DNA of 60,401 nt from Octopus bimaculoides (GCF_001194135.2 NC_069003.1:23854587-23914987); one strand, 5' to 3'; shown: positions 23,443 through 38,837, counted from the first letter of the stretch. Numbers and translations: made by a program. Notes: generated by a model from the sequence alone, not told the origin.

Positions 23443-23739
23443 ATTCATATATATATAATATACACACACACACATATACATGCGCACACACACATACAGG
23501 TATATATACATATTATTAAATGAGTGAGTCAGAGGAGGCTAGGTGACAGCCATGACCGTTTCCCAGGTTCCCTGAGAGAAATTGAAACAATGGACTCAGT
23601 GATCCTCAGTTTGGACATCTGGCCTCAATGACTCAGCTAAAGGCACATGAGAGCCATGTGGTGGTTTATATATATATATAGTCTTGTGGTCTTATATACT
23701 TTTCTAGTCAAGTTTTTGGCTGCACATTTATATAGTCAG

Positions 23740-23960
23740 CCTTTTGGCCGTATATTTATATAGTCGTCTTTTGGAAATATCTACAACAGTCAGCATTGTG
23801 GAAATAATCATATAGGCAGTCTTTTGAAAATATTTATATAGTCAGCTGTTTAGAAATAATTATATAGGCAGTCTTTTGAAAATATTTATATAGTCAGCTG
23901 TTTAGAAATAATTATATAGGCAGTCTTTTGAAAATATTTATATAGTCAGCTTTTAGTAAA
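23740..23960. repeat. 52-bp (2x26) minisatellite
   Basis: CTTTTGAAAATATTTATATAGTCAGC at 23821, 23873 and 23925. Confidence 0.9.
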
Positions 23961-25487
23961 TATCTATCTATCTATCTATNNNNNNNNNNNNNNNNNNNNN
24001 NNNNNNNNNNNNNNNNNNNNNNNNNNNNNNNNNNNNNNNNNNNNNNNNNNNNNNNNNNNNNNNNNNNNNNNNNNNNNNNNNNNNNNNNNNNNNNNNNNNN
24101 NNNNNNNNNNNNNNNNNNNNNNNNNNNNNNNNNNNNNNNNNNNNNNNNNNNNNNNNNNNNNNNNNNNNNNNNNNNNNNNNNNNNNNNNNNNNNNNNNNNN
24201 NNNNNNNNNNNNNNNNNNNNNNNNNNNNNNNNNNNNNNNNNNNNNNNNNNNNNNNNNNNNNNNNNNNNNNNNNNNNNNNNNNNNNNNNNNNNNNNNNNNN
24301 NNNNNNNNNNNNNNNNNNNNNNNNNNNNNNNNNNNNNNNNNNNNNNNNNNNNNNNNNNNNNNNAAAAAAAAAAAAAAAGATTACTTCTCTCCCTTGAAAT
24401 TGAAGCTTAACTCTTCTTTTTTTCTCCATTTTGTCATTTCAAACTGTATGTGTGTGTGTATGTGTTTGAGTCTATGAAAGAAGTATGTGTGTGTGTCTAT
24501 GAGAGAAGTGTCATTTTTATAGGTGTTCAGAATCCCCAAAATAGAAGGGAAAATGAAAAGAATAAAACTACTAAGACAGGAACAAATAGATTATTAACAG
24601 ATAGAGATATCCATGGACAAATAGACAGATAGTCAAACACAGAGATAAATAGGTGGGAAAGAGGGTGACAAAAAGACAAATTTGGTGATTAAAAATAAAC
24701 AATAAAAAAATTGGGCACAAATGGTCTTATTGGAAACGGTAACTTGTCATTACATTATTTTTATTCATTCATTATTATTATTATTATTATTATTATCACC
24801 ATCATTAATTGTTATTTTTACATTAATATATAAAATGAACCATATACATGTAGATATTTATATGTATATATATAAAGGTGTGTAGTTGAAGGTGGGGCTA
24901 GTTGTGAGACTAGTGTGTATTTATATAAATGTATGCATACATATTTCTCTGTGCATGTGTGTGTGTGTGATTGTAAATATATTTATATATGTATGTATAC
25001 CTTTCAAACGAAATATTCTGCCTGAACCATTTGATATTAATTTTATCTTCTTTCTAACGACAGTTTATCCCACATTGGAAATGAGATCGACATATTCGTA
25101 TTGTCTCATCAGGGTACATCTATTATAAGAGTGTGTGTATATCAGAGATAACATAACTATGTACATGTATGTATATAATTACACACACACACACACACAT
25201 ACAGATTTGTTAATAGCTTATTATTCGCTCTTTGTTTCTTCGGAGTTGTCAGCTTGTGTGTGTATTTTCTCTGAAGCAACAAGAAAATACATCAACAAAC
25301 TCGGAGTGGATTATCATCTCCAAGCAAATGAATAAACTCTGCTACAGGGTGGGAGTACCTTCTGTACTGTTGCACACCCCAATATGTATAAATGCACACC
25401 CACACACATATATATGCATATGTATATATATATAAATACATACACATATCTATGCATATGCATACATACATACACATATCTATGCAT

Positions 25488-25538
<51 letters not shown>

Positions 25539-27109
25539 TAAATATACATACATCCTTTAAGTTTGTAAATTCCATCCAAAGTTTATTATTTTTATTACGA
25601 TATATAATAATAACAATAATAATGTCTTCACCAATGTAACTACATGTGTGCCATTGGCGATTCCTTCTCCATCTTTGAACTTTTCCCTTTCTTTTTTTCC
25701 AACAAAGAGCTATGCTCAAAACATCAAATTCTCTTCTTACTGAGTGTCAAGCTTATACATTTTTTGTGCATGTCCTCACATCCATTTTTTATTTTTGTTA
25801 TTTGAATTGTTTGTTTATATAAATTGACTATGTATGTATGTACATATATATATATATATCTGTGTGTGGTATGTATAAATACATATATATATACATACAT
25901 ACACACACATATATATACATACACATATATATACACACAGGTTTATGCATATACATATATATATATAAATACACACACACACACACACATGTATATATTT
26001 TAATCAGAAAATCAAAAATGTTAGTGTTTTCTGGAGTCAGCCATATCACTAAATCAATATCAAAAAAATGGAGGACAAATCTCTAAATTTTCCTCCCATA
26101 TAAAAGACAGGTAACAGAAGTTGTGATATTCATGCATTTACTAAACCAACTGGATAGTGATAATGTGATGTATATAATAAAGTTGATGTTGTTATTCATT
26201 GGATGGCAATAGTGGTGTTGGGGATATAGTATAGTAGTGGTGTATAGTGATAAAGTAGTGTTGTATATAGTACACTTGTTATAGGAAGGTGATAGTGTTA
26301 GGTTGTGTTGTAGCTCGGCAATGAACCAGTAGACATATATTTTGCCATGACCATCCTGAATTTTATTTGAAATCTGTCAAAGACAACAATTTAATAATAT
26401 CCTACGTTTTTTGAAAGACTGTAAATATAATTCCTGGGACATTTAGCTGCTATTTCTTGTAGGTCATGTGACCACATGGGTGTCCCCTTTGTTCCCTTGA
26501 ATATTAATAGTACAGTGTAATGTTGTGATATGTATAATGTATAGTGCAATACAGTGTAATAGTATATATGGGGGTACATCTATCGTCAGTTATCCCTGAT
26601 CTGGGATAACACAATACACTCAGTTGTGAATTGTGTCATGCTTATCACAAATTGACCCGTGATAACACAGGTCAGCAATCGGTCAAAAATATTTCTCGGA
26701 CTGCAAAGGCATGCTCCAGGAACCATCGACAATGCTCAGCTACCCAGAATGCACTAATTCATGTTCATGTTTTACATCACCATGCTGCAAGTCTGCATGT
26801 TTTTTTTGTTTTTTTTTTATATACAAATTTATATACATATACCCATCAACATGCAACCAGTGAACGGGAAAAATATTTTTCACTGTTAGATGTTATTGAA
26901 TTTCACTCTAAATATTTTTCCAACCATGAAACAATATATCATTTATTGTTTTTTTAAAAAACGGTTTTGAAATGTTCTGGGGGTAAATTAGGGGAACAAC
27001 ATGGGAGTCTTACAATGAAAATTTTATAATTCATTTATTACTGATTCATTTAACATGGTGTCTTTTTTTTTTCTTTTTCAACTGAACACCTGTGATAAAC
27101 GAGTATAGA

Positions 27110-27690
27110 TGTACACTGCTGTGAAGTGTCCTCCTACCTGGGAAGTAGTGATGTGCCAAGTAGAATTGGCAATGTAGTAGCCATATTCCAGCTTATGTGC
27201 TTGATCTGGACAACAGTAGCACTCTCACTGAAATAAAAGGCCAGCTATTGTAGTACAGTTGATCTGTCAACAGTTCTGTATGGCAGTGAAACATGAAAAA
27301 ATGATAAGAAAAGGTGGACAGAAAAACAGGACACATTGCACTAAAAGAGCCCATGGAAAATCCTTAAAGTCACCTGGCACCGACAGAATTGCAAATGAAG
27401 AAATCTTCAGTGAAGCAAAATCCAACTGAAGTATAACTTCTTACAGCTGGATCTATTCCACCTGGTAACTCATATATTAGCATTTGTACAGCAACAACAT
27501 GGAGAGTGGAAAAAGGGGGAACAGATAAAAGGGTTAGAGGGCTGACCCAATAACACCTGATGCTGGACATTCCAAGAAGACTTCACACATGAGGATCAGT
27601 TGGTCAGGAGCAGAGAGAACTGTGGAAAAGCCACTGGCACTGGTGAAAGCTTGTTGCCCTATATGTGTCACAATGGAGGAGAAACGTTTA
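27110..27690 (+). mobile_element. RTE-clade LINE 3' fragment
   Basis: SYLGS...SRIG...LIWNNS...VLYGSET*...ILKVTW/TDRIANEEIF...KRVRG*P, frameshifted. Confidence 0.8.
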
Positions 27691-27868
27691 GCATAATATA
27701 ATGTGGTACAGATACAACACTGAATTTCTGGACATTGGATGCTTGAAATTCTCGCAACCACAGGACTAATTTCCTGGTACTTTGCATAGACTGGCATCCT
27801 GTACAGGTCAGTATTAATAAACTTGTATCATTTATACTGACCTACAGGTATCTGAATTACATTTAATT

Positions 27869-28216
27869 CATCGTCGTTTAACGTCTGCTTTCCATGCTAG
27901 CATGGGTTGGACGATTTGACTGAGGACTGGTGAAACCCGATGGCTACACCAGGCTCCAATCTGATTTGGCAGAGTTTCTACAGCTGGATGCCCTTCCTAA
28001 CGCCAACCACTCAGAGAGTGTAGTGGGTGCTTTTACGTGCCACCGGCACGAAGGCCAGTCAGGTGGTACTGGCAATGGCCACGCTCAAAATGGTGTATTT
28101 TATGTGCCACCAGCACAAGAGCCAGTCCAGGGGCACTGGCAACGATCTTGCTCGAAAGTCCTTACACATGCCGTGGGCACAAGTGCCAGAAAGGCGACGC
28201 TGGGCACAGGTGCCAA
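27869..28216 (-). mobile_element. RTE-type 3' tail repeat
   Basis: Reverse complement of the same family. Confidence 0.75.
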
Positions 28217-29469
28217 AGTAAAATTAATATTTGTTTAATTTAACCCTCTAGCATTTAAACTGGCCATCACATGACCAGGCTATCAGAAGTTGTTACACAT
28301 CGCTGGTCACAATGTGCTTTGCATTGTTTTAGCATTCAAATGATGCCAACCTGAAAGGGGGACTGGAGCAACATGAAATGTGTTTTGCTCAAGAACACAA
28401 AGCACCGCCCAGTCAGGGAACCAAACCCAGAATCTAGCGATTGTGAGCGCAACAGCTTAAACACTAGGCCACGTGGCATATCTGGTTAAAACATTCTTCC
28501 TGCTTCAAATTGGCAAGATCCAGCCTCTCACACCTACCCTACAATGTTAGTATAAAAAATATACAGTCACATAATCAAAATCTCTAAGTTACAAGGTATC
28601 GTATGAGAAATTCAAGACAATGTGAATAGATAAATATTACATTTGATAGAATAATCTGAATGCTAAAGGATTAAAGTATGTTGACTAAAGTGACCTATCC
28701 TGGCTAAAAAAAAAAAAATGAGCAATCCAGAAAAGCTTGAGAACCAAAGATTTTGGAAAATCAATGTTGTACCTGTACAATGTAGCTTAGTTTAGTTAGG
28801 TGTGGTATGAAACTAGCACTGTGTTGGTTAAGACAATGAAGGGTTCCAGCTGATCTAATCAACAGAACAGCCTGCTCGTGAAATTAACATGCAAATGGCT
28901 GAGCTCACGATCCTCTGAATTATCTGCTCTTGACTGAACAACATATAAGTGGCTGAATATTCCACAGACATGTCTACCCTTAAAAGTAATTGTCTGTACC
29001 TTTTGGAATTACAGGTGCAGGTGCAATCCATCTGACAGGCTTCTATACAGTTTCCATCTACCGAATTTCACTCAAAAGGTATGGGCTTGTCACGAGGCTA
29101 TAGAAACGACATTTTGTTCAAGGTTGTTTGAAATTGAACCTGGAACCCCACGGTTGCAAAGTGAACTTCTTAAACATTTTACCACACTGCATGTAACGAA
29201 GTATATAATAAAAGGAATTAAAACAGAGAAAAAAAAAAAAATAAAAAGAGAAAACAGTCATCAGAACTTGATTCACCCAAGATATTTCCAACCACAACCA
29301 ACAGCACTGTTACACCAAGGCCACCACTAAAGAGAGGAGAGGGCTGTTATTTAAGAAAATTGCTATAATTTCCAACTAGCAATCATGATGCCTGGGAAGT
29401 AAGGAGTGGGGTGATGGCAGGGGATCACTACCTCACTGGCTATGGTACAACAACAACAACAACAATTAT

Positions 29470-29820
29470 AATAATAATAATAATTATAATAATTGACTTT
29501 ACAGTCCCAAATGATGAAAAAAAAATCAATAAGTATAGAAAAAATATCCAAATACCAGGACCTAGCCATTGAATTACAGAGTCTATGGAAAGTGCGGGTA
29601 AAATGTATCCCACTGGTTATAGGTGAACTGGGAACTATCCCTAAAGACTTGAACAGATGGATAGAGAAAAGGGGCATAAAACCCAGTTTAGTACAGCTCC
29701 AGAAAGTAGTGTTATTAGGGACAGCTAGGATACATAGGGAGGGTTCTTGGCATCTAAGGTTACTTGTTGTAGCCTAAATGTTTGGAATTTTTTTCTTTTC
29801 CAACAGTCTAATCTGTTGTG

Positions 29821-29873
<53 letters not shown>

Positions 29874-29880
29874 TAATAAT
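29470..29880 (+). mobile_element. R4/Dong-like (RLE-type) non-LTR retrotransposon 3' end with (TAA)n tail
   Basis: EKISKYQDLAIELQSLWKVRVKCIPLVIGELGTIPKDL...LQKVVLLGTARI, followed by (TAA)n at ~29822-29880. Confidence 0.8.
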
Positions 29881-30679
29881 GGCAATAATATAAAACATCA
29901 CAGCAGCAGCAGTGGACTACAGTGCAGCAGTCAAATATGAAAGAACTGGTTCTTTTTTGTATAACTTCATTTGTTGTAACTGGATCATAATGTCAATACA
30001 TATATATATATATATNNNNNNNNNNNNNNNNNNNNNNNNNNNNNNNNNNNNNNNNNNNNNNNNNNNNNNNNNNNNNNNNNNNNNNNNNNNNNNNNNNNNN
30101 NNNNNNNNNNNNNNNNNNNNNNNNNNNNNNNNNNNNNNNNNNNNNNNNNNNNNNNNNNNNNNNNNNNNNNNNNNNNNNNNNNNNNNNNNNNNNNNNNNNN
30201 NNNNNNNNNNNNNNNNNNNNNNNNNNNNNNNNNNNNNNNNNNNNNNNNNNNNNNNNNNNNNNNNNNNNNNNNNNNNNNNNNNNNNNNNNNNNNNNNNNNN
30301 NNNNNNNNNNNNNNNNNNNNNNNNNNNNNNNNNNNNNNNNNNNNNNNNNNNNNNNNNNNNNNNNNNNNNNNNNNNNNNNNNNNNNNNNNNNNNNNNNNNN
30401 NNNNNNNNNNNNNNNNNNNNNNNNNNNNNNNNNNNNNNNNNNNNNNNNNNNNNNNNNNNNNNNNNNNNNNNNNNNNNNNNNNNNNNNNNNNNNNNNNNNN
30501 NNNNNNNNNNNNNNNNNNNNNNNNNNNNNNNNNNNNNNNNNNNNNNNNNNNNNNNNNNNNNNNNNNNNNNNNNNNNNNNNNNNNNNNNNNNNNNNNNNNN
30601 NNNNNNNNNNNNNNNNNNNNNNNNNNNNNNNNNNNNNNNNNNNNNNNNNNNNNNNNNNNNNNNNNNNNNNNNNNNNNNN

Positions 30680-30714
<35 letters not shown>

Positions 30715-31261
30715 CACACACACACAGATACAAATATGCAATGTACATAGATAGAAACGTTTATTCACATTCACACATAAACACACATGTATATACACAC
30801 AGGCGTACATAGACATGCACATATGCACACACAAAAACATATATACTGGTATGCCCTTGATGAAGAAATTTGTATGTGTGTATGTGTATCCATATGTATA
30901 TCTGCATACAAACACAGACACACACACACAAAGACAAACAGATACACATGAACATATGGGCATTAATATACATATAATTCATATTTGGTCACACATTTCA
31001 GCCCAGGCCTCTAGAGTGTCAACAAATGAGGCCAGAAGCTTTGAGGATAAGGACCTGCCCCATGAAGAAGAGGGGTTACAAATGGAGGAATGATTGTTTA
31101 AGATCTGGAAGAAAGTGTAAGGTGAGAGATAGGTGAGAATTTAGTTGTACTGTGGAGTAGACAGAACTAAGGAATGGTAACACTGTGCAAGGAATTATTT
31201 AGCATAAAAACAACTGCAGACTAAGGGGTACTATTGTTATTTATTAGATCTGGGTATGTCT

Positions 31262-31308
<47 letters not shown>

Positions 31309-32639
31309 CTGGATACATCTCGTGGATGATAGCTAAACAAAGGAATATACTAGACCAAGTTAATCTGGGTACATATATATTGGTATAGACTCTTGTGGAC
31401 AAGTGGTAGTGTTATATAAAGTGTCTCGGTATATCTCAAGGTAGATACCTAAATAGAGAAAAGGAGTACACTTGATTGAGATAGTAGGGTACACATAGAT
31501 TGGGATAAACAATTGTATACATGTGCTATTGGAGGTGGGTACATAAACTCTGGAAAGTAACAGTTGTAGTGATGGGATGCTATTATAGATCTGTGTCAAC
31601 AGTTACAAAGAGAAGACAGATGGTGAATTCTCCATGAGTCTCCCTAATGCATGTTCAGTCGTTTGACAAACTAAATTCCTGGACACCTGTAGCCTTAACA
31701 AATAAATTCTCAGGTTACATCAGCGTGACACAATTACAATATGATAAGGCTGGTCGTTTGAATTACAGGTAGAAACCAAGGACAAACAAACAATCAAAGA
31801 ATCATCACCACTTGAAACTGGAGTGGTTCTTTATTTGTCAATCCTCAAAAGGGTGAAAAGGCGAAGTTGACTGTGGCAGGATTTGAACTCAGAGAGTGCC
31901 AGAACAGAAATACTGCAAGACATTTTATTGGACTCTCTAACAAGTCTGCCAGTTTGCTGCCTTACGGTAGGACACATAAAAAAGAGGAGTGCATTTTGGA
32001 CTGGAGATGATGGGCAGGTAGTGTTAGTGCTGAAACAGAGGTTTAAAGGTCAATTGAATTGGGAGATGTTCGAAGACATAACACAGAAATGCCAGAAGTC
32101 ATTGTCTAGCAGAGCAAGACACGATAAGGTGGGTAGAGGTATCGGAGGTGGTATCACTGGATCTAAGAACGGTGGTAGAAGGGAGTAGAAGTGGTGATGG
32201 TGATGACATGGGAGGTGTAAGTAAAGTGGTAAAGGAAGGTAGTAGGTGGTGTATAAAGAGATATAAAGAGGTGTAGGAGAGGTGTCGGGTGGTGCACTAA
32301 CAAAACAATGTATAAAAAATTCTTGGCTTCATTGAATTATCAACAATAACAATAACAATTAAAAAAAAAAATACAAACATTTCAAATGCAGAAGGTTTAT
32401 ATAAATTTTGCTTGTTTTTGTTTTATCAATAAATGTTTGAATATTTTAATATGATATATATATATATGTATATATACATACACACACACACACACAAACA
32501 CATGTAGGCATATATATATAAATATATGTATTATATATGTGTGTGAGTATACATATACGCACACACAATATGTATCAATATATGTATAAACAGATACATA
32601 TCACACTATCCAAAGAAACATAGGCATATATGTGTGTGT

Positions 32640-33030
<391 letters not shown>

Positions 33031-33481
33031 TTTAGAAAAAAATCACATCTCGTTGCTCATCCCATATTTTACACTCTGACACACACAGAGTCAACATCAT
33101 GCAGAATAATGAGATTTAAAACGAAAAAAAAATAAAAAATAAATCTCTCTGCATCTGTTCAGCTCAAATTACAATATATACAAATATACAGGTGTAAGTA
33201 CATGTATGTGTGTTTGTGTGCATGTGGTGTGTGTGTGTGTGTGTGTGTGTGCATAAGCATGCATCATACATATATATCCACACACACAGAGTTTTATATC
33301 ATGTTGGGTGGAAGTTCAATAGTTTTCCTCTTCCTCCTCCTCCTTTTCCTCATCATCATCATCGTTGTCAGTTAATCAGTTCTTCACTATCACATCCATA
33401 ACATTGCTTTGCTCCATCCATCCATCGACCCATCCATCAAGGAGGCTGAGTTGAGTTGAATGTAGCAGAAGACCAGGTGAC

Positions 33482-33613
33482 TTATTCAGAGGCCCACTGT
33501 AACCTCTCGACATGTTTGAAAATCTTCAGGGCCGGCCCTAAACAGATGTAGTCCCGCAGACCAACCAATACGTCATCGCGCTTCATCAGTAACAGCGATT
33601 TGCCATCAATTTC
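33482..33613 (-). CDS. Double-PHD/SAM gene terminal exon (SAMD1/atherin-like SAM C-half)
   Basis: Acceptor CTCTCTTTCAG|. Encodes [43 protein letters not shown], closely resembling the SAMD1-type SAM ([10 protein letters not shown]...LGPALKI) as recalled. Confidence 0.92.
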   Translation of the reverse strand, partial: EIDGKSLLLMKRDDVLVGLRDYICLGPALKIFKHVERLQWASE

Positions 33614-33794
33614 CTGAAAGAGAGAGAGAGAGTGAAATAATAAGATGCAACATTGAGGCCAGAGAACCGAAAAAAACATGTAGGTACCTGGTCCTTAACA
33701 AACGATGCAGATGAGTGTATTCCCTATAGCAGTGGTTCTCAACTGAGGTCAATATAAGATTTTTTATTAAAATCTATGAGCAATAAATTGCTTA

Positions 33795-33990
33795 CAGAAG
33801 GGGTAACTGGAAAGTTCCGGGCTTTACGGGTGTCAACCTTCTGTGTTCTGTTATAAGGCTTAGAAAAACTGAAGGACCGCTGCAATAAGTGTGTGAACCT
33901 GAGAGGGGAATATGGTGAATGAAATCATAATTAACTGATCCTCCTGTATTTTCTTTTACCTAAATCCAAGAACTTTTCAGCACTCCCTTA
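33795..33990 (+). mobile_element. Mariner-derived MITE (second copy)
   Basis: Similar TIRs. The interior encodes the mariner C-terminal remnant LKDRCNKCVNLRGEYGE*. Confidence 0.8.
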
Positions 33991-34934
33991 TACTTCTACA
34001 AATACAAGTATTTTAATATTTTTAATACAATTCCTTATAATTTCTAATAGGATTTATTTAAACATCAAATGGCTATAGGGGTCTACTGGAATAAAGTAAG
34101 AATCAAAGAAGGGCCTTCTCTCCGGGAAACATGAAGCAGTGCAGCAAAACCTGAAAGGATAGTGGGGCTGGATNNNNNNNNNNNNNNNNNNNNNNNNNNN
34201 NNNNNNNNNNNNNNNNNNNNNNNNNNNNNNNNNNNNNNNNNNNNNNNNNNNNNNNNNNNNNNNNNNNNNNNNNNNNNNNNNNNNNNNNNNNNNNNNNNNN
34301 NNNNNNNNNNNNNNNNNNNNNNNNNNNNNNNNNNNNNNNNNNNNNNNNNNNNNNNNNNNNNNNNNNNNNNNNNNNNNNNNNNNNNNNNNNNNNNNNNNNN
34401 NNNNNNNNNNNNNNNNNNNNNNNNNNNNNNNNNNNNNNNNNNNNNNNNNNNNNNNNNNNNNNNNNNNNNNNNNNNNGGGGGTGGTGGGTTGAAGGACTTT
34501 AACAAATAATAATGTCATCTTCAGACCAGGGACCTGGCAAGAGTATTCGCAACAATGTCATCTCTGCTAAAAGAAGCCTAGAAAAAGACAGACGATGATG
34601 ATGACTGGTGATAGAAACATAAACATCATCATCATCATTTAACATTCATTCTCCATACTGGCATGGATTGGGACAGTATGACAAGAGCTGGCAAGAGCTG
34701 GAGGCCTGCACCAAGCACCAGTCATCTGTTCTGGATATGGTTTCTATGGCTGGATGCCCTTCTTAACGCCAACCACTTCACAGAGTGTACTGGGTGCTTT
34801 TTATGTGTCACTGGCACAGGTGCCATAATGTGATGTGGGCACAGGTGCTTTTTACAAGCTCTGATGTCTGATGTTTCATGTTGGCAACCAGCTTAGTCTG
34901 CTACTCTCAGCCAATTCTTTAGTTCCGAAGGGCA

Positions 34935-35092
34935 TGGCATTAGGAAGGGCATCCAGCTGTAGAAACTCTGCCAAATCAGATTGAAGCCTGGTGTAGCCAT
35001 CTGGTTTCACAAGTCTTCAGTCAAATTGTCCAACCCATGCTAGCATGGAAAACGGACGTTAAACGATGATGATGATGATGATGATGATGATG
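34935..35092 (+). mobile_element. RTE-type 3' tail repeat abutting the exon F donor
   Basis: Ends CATGGAAAACGGACGTTAAAC(GAT)n about 10 nt from the donor. Confidence 0.75.
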
Positions 35093-35102
35093 AAAGACTC
35101 AC

Positions 35103-35241
35103 CTGTTCACTGAATGCTGAAGCTTCTTTGGTAAAACCCTTTGACTTGAAGAATTTGACGACATCTTCAATAGTATAGTCCGTGACATCAGGGTAAGGTC
35201 CTTCATAGAGATTACGTTTCCTTGGAAAATCTTGCTGCATT
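35103..35241 (-). CDS. Double-PHD/SAM gene exon F (SAM N-half)
   Basis: Acceptor TTTGTATCCCAG|. Encodes MQQDFPRKRNLYEGPYPDVTDYTIEDVVKFFKSKGFTKEASAFSEQ. Donor GTGAGT. Phase 2 in, 0 out. Confidence 0.9.
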
Positions 35242-37214
35242 CTGGGATACAAATGAAGAATAATATTGAATTTTTACTTTGGCAAAAGGCTAGAATCTAA
35301 GAAGGCAATAATATGTAGATAAAGACTTGACAGTTAACTGCATTCTATGACACAAACTTTTGATTTAACCCTTTAGCATGTGAACTGGCCATATCCAGCC
35401 AAAACATTCTACCTGTTGTACATTCCAAGAGATCAGATCTGGCCTCTTGTGCCTATCCAACAATATCATTTTTAAAATAAACTATCACATCATTGAAATC
35501 TCAAGTTATGAGATAATCCATGATTAATTAAAAAACAATGTGAATAAATGAGCTTTATACTTGACAGAATAATCTGAATGCTAAAGGATTAACTAATCTA
35601 AATTAAAAACTTTCCATCAAAATTTTACATTAATTTATGATCTAAAACACCAGATCAATAACGAGAAACTTATTTGACTTAATTCTTAATTGTTTTCAAA
35701 ATTGATTAAAACAAAGGCAGTGTATTTCAACAGGAATATAGAAACAAAAGGGTCAAATGTATTGGCAATGGGTAAAGACCCCCTTCAGTCATGAATGACC
35801 ATGGGATTGCACCAAGAAAGTTCCCTTCCAAGGCACAGGTCAAGGCAAGGTTGTTTATGGAAGACCAGCAATTGTCCATGCATACCACCCTCCCCTCACT
35901 AATGTTATCTAAGGGAAAGACAAACACTGATACAGCTTGGCACCAGTGACGTCATAACTCATTTCTACAGGTGAGTGAACTGGAGCAACGTGAAATAAAG
36001 TGTCTTGCTAAAGAACACAACACACAGCCCAGTCCAGGAATCGAACTCACTACCACATGACTGTGAGCCTGATGTTCTAACCACTGAGCCATGCACCTTC
36101 ATGTATTGGCAATAAACACAGTACAATGAACTGCACCACACTGCGATACATGTAGAGGTATTGGAGGTGGTATAACTGATACAGTGAACTATACAATATG
36201 GTGACACCTATTTACAGCTAAGTGAACTGCTGAAAGGTAAATGTCTTGGTTATGGTCAACAGTGAACTCTACCATACTGTGGTACCTACAGTGGACTGTT
36301 GATAGTTTAATGTGTTGGTGAGAGACACAGTAGAGTGAACTTATACAACACTGTGATTCCTAGTTATACCTAGGTGGCCTAAACTTTTGCACAGGTAAAT
36401 ATGTAGGTCACAGACATAGTAAAGTGAATTACAAAACTCTGTGGTACCAGTATAAAGCTAGGTGAACCAGACTGTTGGCATTTAGGTAGACTGGGTCAAA
36501 TACATCACCATTTAATGTCCATCTTCTACGCTGGCATGGGTTGGATGGTTTGACAGGAGGTGGTAAACCAGAGGACTGCACCAAGCTCAGCTCTCTCTCT
36601 CTCTCTCTCTCTTTTAGCATGGTTTTTACAGCTAGATGTCTTTCCTAATGCTAACCACTCTACAGAGTGAACTGGGTGCTTTTTATGTGGCACCAGCACT
36701 GGCAAGGTCTGTTTGGCAAAGTTTCTACGGCTGGATGTCCTTTCTCATGCTAACTATTTTATAGATTGGACTGGGTGCTTTTCATGTGGCATCAGCCCCA
36801 GTGAGGTCTGTTTTTGCATGGTTTTTATGTCTGGATGCCCTTCCTAATGCCAAATGCCTTACAACAAATTATATAATACTATGCAGAAAATGCATACTGT
36901 TTAGTAGGGGTGTCTGTATTAACAATGTCAATGGACCATTTCAGCAGAACATTCTATCTTCTCATGGCAGAGAGGATAAGGATAAAGATCTTTCCAAGTT
37001 CATGTAGATTCCTGGGGCTGGTTTCCGTGGCACTTTTACTTATACCCACAGGACAGGACGTCAGTTTGTGACAGGAAATAAGGATTTTTAGTCAGGTGAG
37101 TGTGGACTGGAGCAATGAAGTGTTTTGCTCAAGAACATAATGCATAACTCAGTCCAGGAATCGAAACCACAATCTTACTATTACGAGTCCAACACCCTGA
37201 CCAATGCACCTCCG

Positions 37215-37592
37215 TTGTTGGCACTCCATCGCTTACGACGTCGAGGGTTCCAGTTGATCCGATCAACGGAACAGCCTGCTCGTGAAATTTACGTGCAAGT
37301 GGCTGAGCACTCCACAGACACGTGTACCCTTAACGTAGTTCTCGGGGATATTCAGCGTGACACAATTTGACAAGGCTGACCCTTTGAATTACAGGCACAA
37401 CAGAAACAGGAAGTAAGAGTGAGAGAAAGTTGTGGTGAAAGAGTACAGCAGGGTTCGCCACCATCCCCTGCTGGAGCCTCGTGGAACTTTAGGTGTTTTC
37501 GCTCAATAAACACTCACAACGCCCGGTCTGGGAATCGAAACTGCGATCCTATGACTGCGAGTCCGCTGCCCTAACCACTGGGCCATTGCGCC
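37215..37592 (-). mobile_element. Long tRNA-derived SINE (second family), full length
   Basis: Head GGCGCAATGGCCCAGTGGTTAGGGCAGCGGACTCGC...GTTTCGATTCCCAGACC. Matches 60075-60401 (+) and partial copies at 42232 and 44020. Confidence 0.8.
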
Positions 37593-38453
37593 TTCACCAT
37601 GCACCTCCACATAGCAGAGAAAGAAGCATGAATATTCCTGTATTACATAACAATAATCTATAACTATGACATGAGGCTGTACATTTCAGATGTAGTTGAT
37701 TTCGCAGACCCCAGTATGTCACTGGTACTTATTTCCCCAGCCCTGAGGTTATAAGAGAACCTCTGCATTCAACATGCAGGATACTACAAAGTTAATCTCT
37801 TTCCAATCAAAAACACTGCCATCTTAAACAAAAAAAAAAGCAAAGAGAAGATTACATTAGGTAATATACACTAAGTTTGAAAAAAAAAAAAAAAGATGCG
37901 ATGGTCATGGTTAGAACGCCTTTGATGATAGGTTTGCATTATTTGGAGTTATATTCGGAGTTAACGATTCGAACAGAGAGGAGTAAGGGAGATAACTGCA
38001 CATCGACTAACTTCTTTTGGCTTTTTATAACCACTGTTTATTACATTTAACATTTCATCATAACTAATAATAATAGTTCAATGATTTCTTTAGAGCTGCC
38101 ACCACTGCTGTCACTGTCACTGCTGTCAGTGTCACCGCCGCCGCCACCACCACAAATTGAGACCAGGAAAGAAATACATGGACAGAATGGGTTTAAGGTG
38201 ACAGAAGTAACCGTCAAAATAACACGGTTACTTACTGAGTTGATAGGCAGATGAATAAAGATCTCCGTTGTCTCCAAGATTCAAACTTGGTAAATATATA
38301 AGGATATACGGCTGCATGGTTAACAGTTCAGTTTGTAACCATGCGTATCTAGGTTCAATCCACAGTATGGCACTTATATTAAATGTCTTTGGTTAGCCAA
38401 AACCTTGTGAGCAGAATTTGGTAGATAGAAACTGTAATGAAGCTCATCACATG

Positions 38454-38496
<43 letters not shown>

Positions 38497-38566
38497 NNNN
38501 NNNNNNNNNNNNNNNNNNNNNNNNNNNNNNNNNNNNNNNNNNNNNNNNNNNNNNNNNNNNNNNNNN

Positions 38567-38628
<62 letters not shown>

Positions 38629-38837
38629 CACATTTATATCCTTCAGTACATAACTGGTACTTTCTCTTCAGCCTGAAGTGATGAACAACTAAGTAAACTC
38701 CAGCAGGATTTTGATACCCAAAATAAAAAGGACCATGCAAAATACAATGGTCTTTAGTCCGACATTCTACTGTCTCCCCCACCACTACCACCACCACCAA
38801 CAACAACAAACTAATATTCAAACACAAAGGTACGCAC

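Noticed and set aside
25277-25335. Candidate terminal exon (TRKYINKLGVDYHLQANE*)
   Set aside because: It needs phase 1 but the available donor is phase 0, and the evidence is weak.
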